DNA from: a virus
Taxonomy: Duplodnaviria > Caudoviricetes
DNA: 64,000 bases
Reading direction: 5' to 3' (one strand)
IMG/VR virus record: IMGVR_UViG_3300028805_000088
Coordinates: 1-64,000 of that record
Position 1 is the first letter of the stretch. Each line of letters starts with the position of its first letter. Of this stretch, positions 18,542-28,680 are shown one piece after another. A program made the position numbers and the translations under genes. Below the pieces are notes generated by a model that searched no databases, was not told where the DNA came from, and saw nothing but the letters and a program-made list of their open reading frames with translations.

Positions 18542-19309
18542 TTATAAAACATATTCATTCTCTCCTTTTTTATGTAGTCTCCAAGGCTCTTTTGTTACTT
18601 TGTTTATCATACAATGTCCACAGAAATGCTTTGGTATCTTCGCCCAATCGTCTATCTGTTTGATAGATGTTACATCTTTCATTTCTAGATATTCCTCATC
18701 TTTCATGTTATATCCGAAGCGTTTGTTTAAATGCTTGATATAGGCAGAGAAGCAACAGATATGCAGATGTGTGCCTACAAGTTGAAAACAGTGCTGCCAC
18801 GATGGAATAGAGCAGATGCTGAAGTTATGTTTATAGTCTTGCTGTCTAGTAATATCAAACTTATGGTGAAAGAAATCAACATCAAAATTATAAAACCCTA
18901 TACGGAGTCCCTTATATCTTTCTGAATAGCGTACTACAAGTCCATTATAATCTATACCAATAGGATATTTCGTAAACGTTATCTCTATGTCATTATCTAT
19001 ACACGCTTTAAAGAACTCGTCAGGCATTGATTGCAGAAGTATTCCGTTTGTTATAATTTTTATACTCTTGGTATAATATTTTCTCGTTATTCGCATGATG
19101 TCTATCAAGTTTTTATTCTTCAAAGGCTCTCCTCCCAACAAGTGTATGGCATTGAAATAGTTCAGTACATTATAGTCTATCTTACTAAGATTAGCCTCGT
19201 GTTCTTGTGGGGTGAGATAAGACTCTTCTGCTATCTGCGAGAAGTGACAACATGCGGAACAGTTAAGATTACATGTTTCACAGACATGTATTTCAAGATT
19301 TATATACAT
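18542..19309 (-). CDS. Radical SAM protein
   Basis: CxxxCxxC (CNLNCSAC), LLGGEP, ITNG, extra C-terminal Cys cluster (C..C...C.HC). Confidence 0.9.
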   Translation of the reverse strand: MYINLEIHVCETCNLNCSACCHFSQIAEESYLTPQEHEANLSKIDYNVLNYFNAIHLLGGEPLKNKNLIDIMRITRKYYTKSIKIITNGILLQSMPDEFFKACIDNDIEITFTKYPIGIDYNGLVVRYSERYKGLRIGFYNFDVDFFHHKFDITRQQDYKHNFSICSIPSWQHCFQLVGTHLHICCFSAYIKHLNKRFGYNMKDEEYLEMKDVTSIKQIDDWAKIPKHFCGHCMINKVTKEPWRLHKKGENEYVL

Positions 19310-20436
19310 ATTTTTAAAGTTTTACAATAATTCATTGCGGAAAATATGGTATCGTCCATATTCATATATCTAAACAGCCCTATCCTTCCACCAAGATGTA
19401 TGTTAGGGTGTTTCTCAGAGAGTAGGGAACAATAACGTTCATATAAGATGTTATTTTTCTCATTTTCAATGGGGTAATATCGTTCTAACCCCTTCTTCCA
19501 TTTCTGTGGATATTCGTAGGTTACTATAGTTTCCACGTTTGGTTGAGTGGCATTTAAAAAGATATGGTCTATACTACGAGTATATTGATGTTTTATACTG
19601 AAATCATTCAGCAATGGGCATCCTTGACCATTATGTCCGTTATACAAATATTTTTCATCCTTAAACATCAGACTCCTCCATTCCAACTCGCCAAAACTGT
19701 AGTTCAATAGTTCATCAACACTGCCACAATATATTATCATGTCGTAACTCTTGCAGTAATAGTCTTTGTTCTTTATGAAATCCTTATTAAGATGGTACTC
19801 TATTGGTTTTTCTCCATCCGTTCCATTGATAATATTACTTATCAGTTCTGTGTATCCGTTTATAGGGAGTCCTTGCCAATAGTCACTAAAATATCTATTA
19901 TCGTAGGAAAACCTGATAGGCAGACGTTTTATAATACTAACTGGTAGATTATCTGCGCTATCCCCCCACTGCTTTTCAGTATACACCTTTATAAGTTTTT
20001 CGTATATGGTATCTCCTACAAGTTGCCGTGCCTTTCCAGAAAAGCTACCATCGTGAGTTTTATTCTTTTCTTCCTCTATCTTCTTGAAAGCATCTTCTGG
20101 CTTGTCTGTTTTGAAGAGTTTCTGAAAGGTGTACATATTGAAAGGCAGAGAGTAGATGTCATTGTTCTCGTCTTTTCCAATAACCTTTAGTTCATACTGT
20201 CTGAAAGCAGAATACTTGTTAACAAAGTCCCACACCTCTTTGTTGGAGGTATGAAACACGTGTATACCGTATTTTTGTATCGTGACACCATTATAGTTAT
20301 AGTCATAGCAAGCACCACCGATATGAGGCGATTTATCAATCATAACAACCTCACACCCAGCATTAGAAAGAAGTCTGCCACAAACAGCACCATACAATCC
20401 ACAACCTACTATTAATATCTTATTCAACATGGCCAC
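19300..20436 (-). CDS. glf: UDP-galactopyranose mutase
   Basis: FAD motif VGCGLYG, HIGGACYD, YGIHVFHT, YTEKQWG, RFSYDNRYFSDYWQGLP, YYPI, GGRIGLFRYMNMDD. Confidence 0.93.
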   Translation of the reverse strand: MAMLNKILIVGCGLYGAVCGRLLSNAGCEVVMIDKSPHIGGACYDYNYNGVTIQKYGIHVFHTSNKEVWDFVNKYSAFRQYELKVIGKDENNDIYSLPFNMYTFQKLFKTDKPEDAFKKIEEEKNKTHDGSFSGKARQLVGDTIYEKLIKVYTEKQWGDSADNLPVSIIKRLPIRFSYDNRYFSDYWQGLPINGYTELISNIINGTDGEKPIEYHLNKDFIKNKDYYCKSYDMIIYCGSVDELLNYSFGELEWRSLMFKDEKYLYNGHNGQGCPLLNDFSIKHQYTRSIDHIFLNATQPNVETIVTYEYPQKWKKGLERYYPIENEKNNILYERYCSLLSEKHPNIHLGGRIGLFRYMNMDDTIFSAMNYCKTLKICI

Positions 20437-21271
20437 AATTTATATCTTTAAAACTAACTCTTTTGTGTGTTCCTATATAAATAGCCACAAGGTCTTCTAA
20501 TGTGTAGGCATAGAGCCTCCAGTTATTACAGTAGCTATTCAACCCTTCATCATCATCGAAAATCCTCAGATATTCTTCCTTGGACTGATATATAGCGTCC
20601 ATCGAATGGTCATAAAATGTTTCTATCTTCTCCTTGCCGATGCTTTTATGGTAAGCTATCACTTTGTTGCTGATATGCTTTATCCAGTCTTCTTTACTTC
20701 TCAGCCCATATTTATCAGAAACGAAGTCTATATATCCGAATATAAACGACATCATATCACAGAATATATCCCATTTACAAGCATACATTGCACGACAAGG
20801 AAATCTCACATACCCATCTTCATTGAGAGTACAGAACTTCTTCAATGAGTCTTGTGGTATAATTTTCTGACATCGCAAATATTCTTGTATATCATCAATC
20901 ATAAATGGTGGCATGTAGGTGTTCCTTGCTGCTAACGGATAATCGTATGATGTCTTAAAATGTGGCTCGTCAAGAAAAAGACAATGAAAATACTGAATAG
21001 CGCCTTCACGCACTTTATGGAGGATGATAGAGTCAAACTCTATCATCCTTCTATAATGACAAAAAGCAACATATTTGGAATAAATATTATTCTTCCATAC
21101 ATAGTACTGACAGACAAATTCATTAAGGAATCTGTTAAGATAATTAATATTTTCACCTTCTATTTCGTCATTGGTGACAAACTTTTTCCTATACAAGCTA
21201 TCATCTAACGTATTCAGATGCTCTTTGTTTGTTCCAACGACCCAGATATTTAAAATCTTGTCGTAGTCCAT
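20420..21271 (-). CDS. DUF4422 (GT111-like) putative galactofuranosyltransferase
   Basis: GENINYLNRFLNEFVCQYYVWKN...YVAFCHYRR matches the family pattern GDNISxxNxxYCELTxxYWxWKN...GxxHYRR. Confidence 0.75.
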   Translation of the reverse strand: MDYDKILNIWVVGTNKEHLNTLDDSLYRKKFVTNDEIEGENINYLNRFLNEFVCQYYVWKNNIYSKYVAFCHYRRMIEFDSIILHKVREGAIQYFHCLFLDEPHFKTSYDYPLAARNTYMPPFMIDDIQEYLRCQKIIPQDSLKKFCTLNEDGYVRFPCRAMYACKWDIFCDMMSFIFGYIDFVSDKYGLRSKEDWIKHISNKVIAYHKSIGKEKIETFYDHSMDAIYQSKEEYLRIFDDDEGLNSYCNNWRLYAYTLEDLVAIYIGTHKRVSFKDINCGHVE

Positions 21272-21540
21272 TACTCTTCCTCTAAAATTTCCTTATTAAT
21301 ATCGTATTGAGGATTCTGCAAGATTATATCATCATGTCTCTCCTTCTCTTCTATATCTACTCCGATACTCCCATAGAACTCCTTATAGGACTCTTCCGTA
21401 TACAGCTCGTCTTTGTAGTTGTCGATACTGTCAGCAGAACCTAAATCAATATCTTCTCCCATAATAAATCCATCTTCTTTACGAACAATAAAGCAACCTT
21501 CATCTGCTTTATAAATACTTGTATTTTCTATATGTTTCAT
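21271..21540 (-). CDS. Small acidic protein following the tail fibre (possible fibre chaperone)
   Basis: 89 aa, 15 nt after the fibre stop and overlapping the next start; function inferred from position only. Confidence 0.55.
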   Translation of the reverse strand: MKHIENTSIYKADEGCFIVRKEDGFIMGEDIDLGSADSIDNYKDELYTEESYKEFYGSIGVDIEEKERHDDIILQNPQYDINKEILEEE

Positions 21541-21555
21541 AATTTATTGCTTATA

Positions 21556-24500
21556 TTATACATTTATTATTTGTGAACCAACAGGTTTATATTCTGTCTG
21601 GAAAGTATCTCCAACAGTATTGTGAGATATTATCTTTTCTGTACCTATATTATTTACACCTTGACAGATTTTGATGTTGCAAAGCTGATTTGAATAACTC
21701 GTTGTCTGTGTTGTTGTAAGCGTGATATACCAATTACCATTCTCAATAATATTATGTTTACAGTAGGCTTTTGCAAATTTATTGCCAGCACAATAATTGC
21801 CAAATGTGTTATATTTGCACTCTGGGCCATTTAATGTGTTGAAACTACACACATTACCAAATATGTTGCAATAACACGAGTCACCAAATATGTTGGAATG
21901 AAAGTAATTACCAAATATATTGGAATAGCATTGGTCGCCAAACGTGTTGTTATCGCATTGATTGCTAAACGTGTTGTTATAGCAGTTGTTGCCAAACGTA
22001 TTGCTATGGCAGTTGTAGCTAAACGTATTGTTATAGCAGGTGTTGCCAAACGTATTGTTATAGCAGTTGTTGCCAAACGTATTGCTATGGCAGTTGTAGC
22101 TAAACGTGTTGTTATAGCAGTTGTTGCCAAACGTATTGCTATGGCAGTTGTAGCTAAACGTATTGTTATAGCAGGTGTTGCCAAACGTATTGTTATAGCA
22201 GTTGTTGCCAAAAAAAACATTATTTGGTAGTGTGTTATCTGTTCGTATTTTTATAACGTTATTATGTACATTTTTACCCTTTGATAGAGAGTAATCAGTC
22301 TGTACCCCTCCACCATTATCGCTTGAGAATGTATAAGTCCAAATAAAATTGGAGGTATTAGGAATGGTTAAACAAGAAGGTAGACCGCTAGTCTGTGCCC
22401 CCATATACCTAGAATCTATGCCATAACGCCCATTGCTATCTGTTACATTCCATCTCTTGAACTGTATATTCTTGAAGTCATAAGGACAGTCGTTATCAAA
22501 CTCGTCAATCATTCTAAGAATAGTTCCTTTTCCTTCTTCTTCAGAGTAGACATAGAACTCTATAGCAGGACCTTGTGTCAGACTTCCGTAATTATTTGTA
22601 TATGTATAGTCCCCTACTGTTTTAGTAAGGGTATAAAAATCTCCGTATGAATTTGTATGCCACTTATAATATTCCGTATTGTTGATAACCTCAGTACCGA
22701 TATAGTCGGCTTGCCTTTGTGAACCGTAAAGTGTAAATGTTATGTATTCAACAGGTATTAGCGACCAATAGATGTTATCGATAGTATATCTCAGTTTCCA
22801 TGCAGCAAGATTGCAATTAGCAAAATATGTATCTCCTTCATGTAAAGCAGCATAAGCATTTTCATTGAGAACATTTACATCATCAGCTCTTACAATAATA
22901 TCAAATTGATGTCCTGCTGATTGGGTATCTGCTTGTGTTGTGGTACATGTATAGTCAGTAATTCTATACCATTGTCCTGGAACAAGCTGTGAATTGTCTC
23001 TGAGATTTTTCAGATTTATCCATGTGATATTAATTGTATTACCTATTTTTCCTTCCAATATTGTATTCAAATCATTCAATGCAGTTGACACAACAAGTTC
23101 ATTCTCAGCAACAACCTTCGTTGCAATTGGGTTTGTTGAACCACTGTTTGAAGATGTAATTGCAGTTACAATGTCACTTGTATTAACTTTTCCACTAATT
23201 GAATTATCAATCTGTGTCTGAACTGCTCCAGTGGTGAAGTGTATTGTAGTATCAGCAGTGTGTCCTGTATATGTTGCACTGTTCACCTTTGCCCCCAATG
23301 CATTACTAATCTCAGTAGCGCCACTTGTCTCTGACTTGGTATAATAATTGCTCAAGTCTGTTGGTGTATATGCTGAAGCATCAAGTTTCCTTTCATCAAG
23401 GTCTGTCAATGCAGCAGATACAATTTCCTCATTCTCAATAATAACCTCAGTGATTGAAGAAGATGTAAATCCACTTCCAACAAGGTTATCAATTGCTGTC
23501 TTATTATAATAATTTGATGGGTCAAATATACTAGTTAATGGAATTGAAATATCTTGTTTTCCACTTGCTGTGTTAAAATCAACCACAAGATTGCCATTTT
23601 CAATCCTTACATCATCAACCATTCCGTCAACAATGAAGTCGCTTGCGTCTATAGTAGCCTTTATTGTATTTCCGTGATAGAAATTAATTACCTTAGTAGT
23701 ACCACTGTCTTCATACTTTGCATCATCGAAGAAATCAGAAATTGCAGAATCATCAAGTTTTTCATCCCAAGCTGTCTTATCGGCAGCAGTGACGTGTATT
23801 TCAGTATTTTCAGTATGTGCGCTTACAGCACCGCTTAATGCAACAAATGCATTAGTCCACACAAGCTCATTGTCAGTCGCAGCCTTATATACAGCCTTAC
23901 TTGATACTGGATTCGTACTTGCTGATGTTGTTTCATCAATTACTTGGTCAACATCAATGTTTCCAATCTCATCTTGAAGTCTAACATCATCACCATCCTT
24001 ATTTACAATATAGATGTCACCATTCTGACGAATCTCAAATGCATTATGCCTTGCTGATGGTGATGTACCATTACCAATGCTGAATAATGTATTTCCACTG
24101 TTGCCAAATGTTGCCGATGCCTCGGATGATACATTATATTGACCGCTAGCGTGTTCTGATTCGTTATTTGTCTCAGTATAATATCCTTCAGCGTGAGAAT
24201 TATTACCATTTGCTATTGTAAAATATCCTTCAGCATGAGAATACCTACCATTTGCTTGTGTTCCACCACCTTCAGCATGAGAACAATATCCATTTACTTG
24301 TGTTCCACCTCCTTCGGCATGTGAAGCATATCCACGTGCTATTGTTCCACCACCTTCAGCATGAGAACAACTACCACTTGCTTGTGTTCCACTACCTTCA
24401 GCATGAGAAGAATCACCACTTGCTGTTGTTCCACCTCCTTCAGCGTGAGAATTATTACCATTTGCTGTTGTTCCACCTCCTTCGGCATGTGAAGCATATC

Positions 24501-24948
24501 CACGTGCTATTGTTCCACCACCTTCAGCGTGAGAACAATATCCATTTGCTGTTGTTCTAGTTCCTTCAGCGTGAGAAGCTACTCCAGTACCACTTGTTTG
24601 ATGACCTTCTGCAACAGAATAATCACCGCTTGCAGTACCACTTGAGCCTTTAAGAACAGCAGAACGTTCACCAGTACCACTCTCCCAAATTTCAGTGTAC
24701 GCACTTGAGTCCATCTTCCTTGAGTTAAGGTCGTTCAATGCCTCTGCGATGACCCTTTCATTGTCATCAATGTATTCCCTTGAATATCCACGTGGGAAAT
24801 CAACAACATCACCAGTGCTGTTCTTTATAAAAAGTTTCTCATCACCAGCGAAATCGTTTACACCAATTTCAGCAACCTTCAACTGCGCTGCGGTAGGCGC
24901 TTTACCTTCAACACTACTTTTAATGTGTTGATACCTAAATCTTGCCAT
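21556..24948 (-). CDS. Tail fibre / receptor-binding adhesin (YadA-like head repeats plus C-terminal beta-helix)
   Basis: N-terminal PT..QL..AEI.VN....EKLFIKN attachment motif; about 12 14-aa SHAEGGGT repeats followed by LFSIGNG..RHNAFEI; C-terminal 9-aa NNTFGNNCY repeats. Confidence 0.8.
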   Translation of the reverse strand: MARFRYQHIKSSVEGKAPTAAQLKVAEIGVNDFAGDEKLFIKNSTGDVVDFPRGYSREYIDDNERVIAEALNDLNSRKMDSSAYTEIWESGTGERSAVLKGSSGTASGDYSVAEGHQTSGTGVASHAEGTRTTANGYCSHAEGGGTIARGYASHAEGGGTTANGNNSHAEGGGTTASGDSSHAEGSGTQASGSCSHAEGGGTIARGYASHAEGGGTQVNGYCSHAEGGGTQANGRYSHAEGYFTIANGNNSHAEGYYTETNNESEHASGQYNVSSEASATFGNSGNTLFSIGNGTSPSARHNAFEIRQNGDIYIVNKDGDDVRLQDEIGNIDVDQVIDETTSASTNPVSSKAVYKAATDNELVWTNAFVALSGAVSAHTENTEIHVTAADKTAWDEKLDDSAISDFFDDAKYEDSGTTKVINFYHGNTIKATIDASDFIVDGMVDDVRIENGNLVVDFNTASGKQDISIPLTSIFDPSNYYNKTAIDNLVGSGFTSSSITEVIIENEEIVSAALTDLDERKLDASAYTPTDLSNYYTKSETSGATEISNALGAKVNSATYTGHTADTTIHFTTGAVQTQIDNSISGKVNTSDIVTAITSSNSGSTNPIATKVVAENELVVSTALNDLNTILEGKIGNTINITWINLKNLRDNSQLVPGQWYRITDYTCTTTQADTQSAGHQFDIIVRADDVNVLNENAYAALHEGDTYFANCNLAAWKLRYTIDNIYWSLIPVEYITFTLYGSQRQADYIGTEVINNTEYYKWHTNSYGDFYTLTKTVGDYTYTNNYGSLTQGPAIEFYVYSEEEGKGTILRMIDEFDNDCPYDFKNIQFKRWNVTDSNGRYGIDSRYMGAQTSGLPSCLTIPNTSNFIWTYTFSSDNGGGVQTDYSLSKGKNVHNNVIKIRTDNTLPNNVFFGNNCYNNTFGNTCYNNTFSYNCHSNTFGNNCYNNTFSYNCHSNTFGNNCYNNTFGNTCYNNTFSYNCHSNTFGNNCYNNTFSNQCDNNTFGDQCYSNIFGNYFHSNIFGDSCYCNIFGNVCSFNTLNGPECKYNTFGNYCAGNKFAKAYCKHNIIENGNWYITLTTTQTTSYSNQLCNIKICQGVNNIGTEKIISHNTVGDTFQTEYKPVGSQIINV
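21967..22209. repeat. 27-bp tandem array, 9 units, higher-order 135-bp period
   Basis: Units A' B C A B A' B C A; A=AAACGTATTGTTATAGCAGTTGTTGCC, B=AAACGTATTGCTATGGCAGTTGTAGCT, C=AAACGTATTGTTATAGCAGGTGTTGCC. Confidence 0.9.
24130..24630. repeat. 42-bp repeat array encoding the SHAEG repeats
   Basis: 60 bp identical at 24301-24360 and 24469-24528 (period 168 = 4 x 42). Confidence 0.8.
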
Positions 24949-25043
24949 AGTTTTTGAATATAAATTCTATTATTATCTTAAAAAAGGCGATGGTAATCTC
25001 TCAACCACCACCTTTTATAAAAAATTTGTAATTTTTACCCTAA

Positions 25044-26087
25044 TTAAAATTCACCTGCTGTAAGTGTAATCTCTTCAGCCTCAGTTGCAACGATTGTAGA
25101 ACCGCCACCAAGTGTAAGTGTAATTCCAGCAGTTGCATCAACAGCCATGCTTACAACGTCAGCATTTTGTCTTGCGGTAGCCTCTGCTGTATCTGCGGCA
25201 GTTCTAGCAGAAATCTCTGCATCTAATGCATCTTGTAACGCAGTCTCTGAACTAGTTGCACGAGTAGTTTCAACTGCTATTGCAGCATCAGTCTCAGCCT
25301 TTGTATAGTAATTGTCAGCATCGAACAAGTCACCAATGTCGATTCTAGTTGTCTCCTTACCAGCGTCTGTGTTCCAAATGATTACAAGGTAAGTTGTACC
25401 TCCAGTGGTCTCAAGTGTAACACTGTCAATCATTCCATCCTTGATGAAATCAGTTGCATCAATTGAATCAATCTTTACATTGTTAGCGTTGTAGAAATCA
25501 ATTGTCTTTCCGCTTGAATTATAATCAACACTAGCAACAGCATTTGCCTTACGTTCTGCAACCTCATCAGCCAAAGCGTCAACGATTGCTGTTTCTGCGC
25601 TCAATGCTCTAGTCTTTTCAGCCTCAATCTTTGCATCAAGTGCTGCTTCAGCAGCTTCTGCTCTAGTAATTTCTTCTTCAAGTGCTTGAGTAGAACCACT
25701 CTCAATTGCGCTAATTCTGTCGTTAAGTGCTGTCTCTGCGCTAATTGCACGAGCCTCTTCTGCATCAACATCAGCAGCTCTATCAGCAATCTCCTGGTCT
25801 ACCTTGCCATCAACAGCTTCAATCAAGTTTCCAAGTGCGGTTTCAGCAGATGTTGCTCTTGCTACCTCATTAGTAATTGATTGAGTTACATCTGAAAGTA
25901 ATGCTAAAATCTGTTCCTCAGTTGCAACAGCTACAACATCACCAGCTGAATTCTTGAAAAAAATCTTCTCTTGACCATCTGTGATAGCAAGTGCAATTTC
26001 AGCAGCGTTTAACTTTGCAGCAGCAGCTTGTATTGCTGCAACACCAACTTTAGTGGTGAATAAATGTGAATACCTAAAATTTGCCAT
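25044..26087 (-). CDS. Coiled-coil fibre protein
   Basis: N-terminus similar to the 21556 fibre (AEIAL..QEKIFFKNSAGDVV), RATSAETAL coiled-coil repeats, ends AGEF. Confidence 0.7.
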   Translation of the reverse strand: MANFRYSHLFTTKVGVAAIQAAAAKLNAAEIALAITDGQEKIFFKNSAGDVVAVATEEQILALLSDVTQSITNEVARATSAETALGNLIEAVDGKVDQEIADRAADVDAEEARAISAETALNDRISAIESGSTQALEEEITRAEAAEAALDAKIEAEKTRALSAETAIVDALADEVAERKANAVASVDYNSSGKTIDFYNANNVKIDSIDATDFIKDGMIDSVTLETTGGTTYLVIIWNTDAGKETTRIDIGDLFDADNYYTKAETDAAIAVETTRATSSETALQDALDAEISARTAADTAEATARQNADVVSMAVDATAGITLTLGGGSTIVATEAEEITLTAGEF

Positions 26088-26121
26088 ATTCTTTCTTTTT
26101 TGTTATTAATAAATTATTTTA

Positions 26122-28521
26122 TTAGAATTCTCCAGCTCCAAGGTCAACTTGCTCTGCTGAAGCGAATGTTATTATATCTCCGTTATTTTTAGTAATTGAA
26201 ATTGTTGCATCAGAAGCGATGTTTCCGCTAACAATGTCAGCACCCTCAAGTTCCTCTTCCTTTGCAGTTGCTCTATTAGTCTCAGCAGTAAGGTTTTGTC
26301 TTAATTGAGCAATCTTATCTTCTAAATCAGTTTTTATCTCTGTCTCAGCACTAGTTGCCCTTTCTCTTTCTGCGGCAATTTCCTCAGATACGCCACTAGT
26401 GATTGCTTCTATTTTAGCATCTATTCCAGATACCTTAACACCGTTTGAACTAACAGAAAGATAGTCTTCGCTAGTTGGGTCTTTCTTTACTGATACTTTT
26501 CCGTCAATAACTTGAAGACCGTCTTCAAACATGTCCTCGTCAATAATCTGGCTTACATCAATTTCAACGATGTCACCGTTTGCAAACTCAATGTAGATAA
26601 TTCCGTCAGAAACCCAAGTTCTTTCAATAACTGCTGGAGTGAATTCAGATACATTTATTGAGCATATTTCACTGCCTTCTTGGTTCTTAAAACGTATTTT
26701 ATTGTCATGCTTATAATATGTTGCATCGGCAAATAGTTTTGTTGCAGCATCTATATTTAATCTATGCAACTCACGATGCATTACATCAATAATACCATTT
26801 CCAATATCTGTATAGTCTGCACGGTCATCACCATCCCAATCTGTTAAAGCCTTAACAATATTAGAGGTGTGCGCCAAGTTGTTTGATATGATATTCTCTT
26901 TGTTTACGGCACGAAGGGTTTCTTGTCTTAGCTCATTCGCAATACCAAGTTCTACGGTTTCGGCACGTTGTTTTTCAGTTGCTATCTTATCATCGACTGA
27001 AGCCTCTATTTCGCCCTTAATAGCATTAACATAAGCCTTATCAGCTTTTGCGGTGATTTGTCTCTCCAAGTCAGCCTTGGTCTCGTCAATGTAATCTCTT
27101 ACAGAACCGTCTTTAGCATCGGTATAAGAATTCGCATCGCTTAGTGCGTTGTTAGCAACTTTATCAGCATATTTCTTAGCACCGTAAATAGTATAATCCT
27201 CTTCTCTGTCACTTGCACTACCAATGATTGCATTATCTGCTTCTACTCTGTCATTGATTTCTTTTGTGAGGTCTCTCTCAAGATTATTCAATCTCTGGTC
27301 TCTCTCAAGATTTTCCTCTCTCATGTCATCAATTCTTACATTAGCTGCATCAATTCTCTGTCCAAGAGCGTTATCACCAGCAATACGGTCTCTCTTCTCT
27401 TCTTCCAAAGAACCTGCAAGGTCATCAACAGCACCGCTTACGGCTCTAAGTTCTGTTCTGTCAGCCTTTCTATTATCTAAAGAATCTAACTGTACGCCAA
27501 ATCTAGCCTTATCTCTCTCATAATCAGTTTTATCAACTTTATCATTAACAGTATTAGATAAGCTGTTAACTCTAGACTCCAATGCGTTTAAATCTGTCTT
27601 ATCAGCCTTGCTAGGTAATGATACATTATTAATCTCATTGATGTCGTTGGTATTATTTGCCACATTTTCCGTTAACTCAGCAATGTCTTCTTGAATATCA
27701 GCAATTTCATCATCATACCTTGTTTCTAGAGTATCTAGTTTGTCATTTATGGTATCAATTTTACCATTTGTTACAGTCTTATATTGAGTTAAATCACTAT
27801 TAAGTTCATTATATTGGTTGTACAGTGTTGTTTGAATATTACCTACTCTGTCTTCAAGTGCGTTTAATCTCGCCTTGCTTGCATATTTACCATCGGCATC
27901 AACTTCTGTTATGAACCCTCTGCTCATTACCCAGTCTTCAGTTGCATATGCATCACCGATTTCTTCAAGCTTCTCGTCTATATCTTGCTTTGTATATACA
28001 TCAGATTTATTGGCAAATGTATTATAAGCTTCAGCTTTGTCAAGTTTTTTATCAACGTTTGTTTCTAACGAATTAAGTCTTTCTTTTGTTTCTTCCTCAA
28101 ATGTAGATGTTTCTGCAAGGTGTTCATTGAGCCTATTATCAACATTATCAATGTGTGCAGATAAGATTCCCAATTCATCATATATTGGGTTAAAATCGTC
28201 AACAAGTTCATTAATCTTATTGGTGATTTCCTCGTCACGCTGTTCAAGACTATCAATTCTTTCTCTATTTTTGTTAATTCCCTTTGCTAACCACTTATTG
28301 ATAATGTCTTGCTTGTCAACAAATGTGTCAACCTTACCGCTAAGTTCATTAACGGTAGCAAGGTCAGCTTTACCCTTAGTTGCACCAGATATTGCATTGA
28401 TTTCCTTATCTTGTTCCTTATTTACCTCACGAATATCACTTAAATCGGCATTAGGCAAACCAATATAGCTATTCTGGTCAGCATATCCATAGAATTCTAG
28501 GTGTCTTATTCTTTTTCCCAT
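26122..28521 (-). CDS. Long coiled-coil fibre protein
   Basis: Extended heptad coil, shared linker domain, ends AGEF; late motif at 28582. Confidence 0.7.
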   Translation of the reverse strand: MGKRIRHLEFYGYADQNSYIGLPNADLSDIREVNKEQDKEINAISGATKGKADLATVNELSGKVDTFVDKQDIINKWLAKGINKNRERIDSLEQRDEEITNKINELVDDFNPIYDELGILSAHIDNVDNRLNEHLAETSTFEEETKERLNSLETNVDKKLDKAEAYNTFANKSDVYTKQDIDEKLEEIGDAYATEDWVMSRGFITEVDADGKYASKARLNALEDRVGNIQTTLYNQYNELNSDLTQYKTVTNGKIDTINDKLDTLETRYDDEIADIQEDIAELTENVANNTNDINEINNVSLPSKADKTDLNALESRVNSLSNTVNDKVDKTDYERDKARFGVQLDSLDNRKADRTELRAVSGAVDDLAGSLEEEKRDRIAGDNALGQRIDAANVRIDDMREENLERDQRLNNLERDLTKEINDRVEADNAIIGSASDREEDYTIYGAKKYADKVANNALSDANSYTDAKDGSVRDYIDETKADLERQITAKADKAYVNAIKGEIEASVDDKIATEKQRAETVELGIANELRQETLRAVNKENIISNNLAHTSNIVKALTDWDGDDRADYTDIGNGIIDVMHRELHRLNIDAATKLFADATYYKHDNKIRFKNQEGSEICSINVSEFTPAVIERTWVSDGIIYIEFANGDIVEIDVSQIIDEDMFEDGLQVIDGKVSVKKDPTSEDYLSVSSNGVKVSGIDAKIEAITSGVSEEIAAERERATSAETEIKTDLEDKIAQLRQNLTAETNRATAKEEELEGADIVSGNIASDATISITKNNGDIITFASAEQVDLGAGEF

Positions 28522-28637
28522 AATTTTATGATTAATTTTATATATTACGTAATTATAACTTGTATGTTAGTACTAATTTACTATAAATAGTTTTTTTAAA
28601 CTAAAAATATTTGTAATCTAGTACTAAGTTACATAAA

Positions 28638-28665
28638 AAAGAGCAACCATCACTGATTGCTCTTT
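28638..28665 (-). terminator. Terminator hairpin
   Basis: AAAGAGCAA...TTGCTCTTT. Confidence 0.55.
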
Positions 28666-28680
28666 ATCTAATCTCTAAAA

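Noticed and set aside
21967-22209. CRISPR array
   Set aside because: Units are contiguous with no unique spacers and are in-frame coding repeats; no cas genes in the window
21831-22230. ORFs with RLATTAI / VAKRIV repeats overlapping the fibre gene
   Set aside because: Alternative-frame and antisense shadows of the 27-bp array, which is stop-free in several frames
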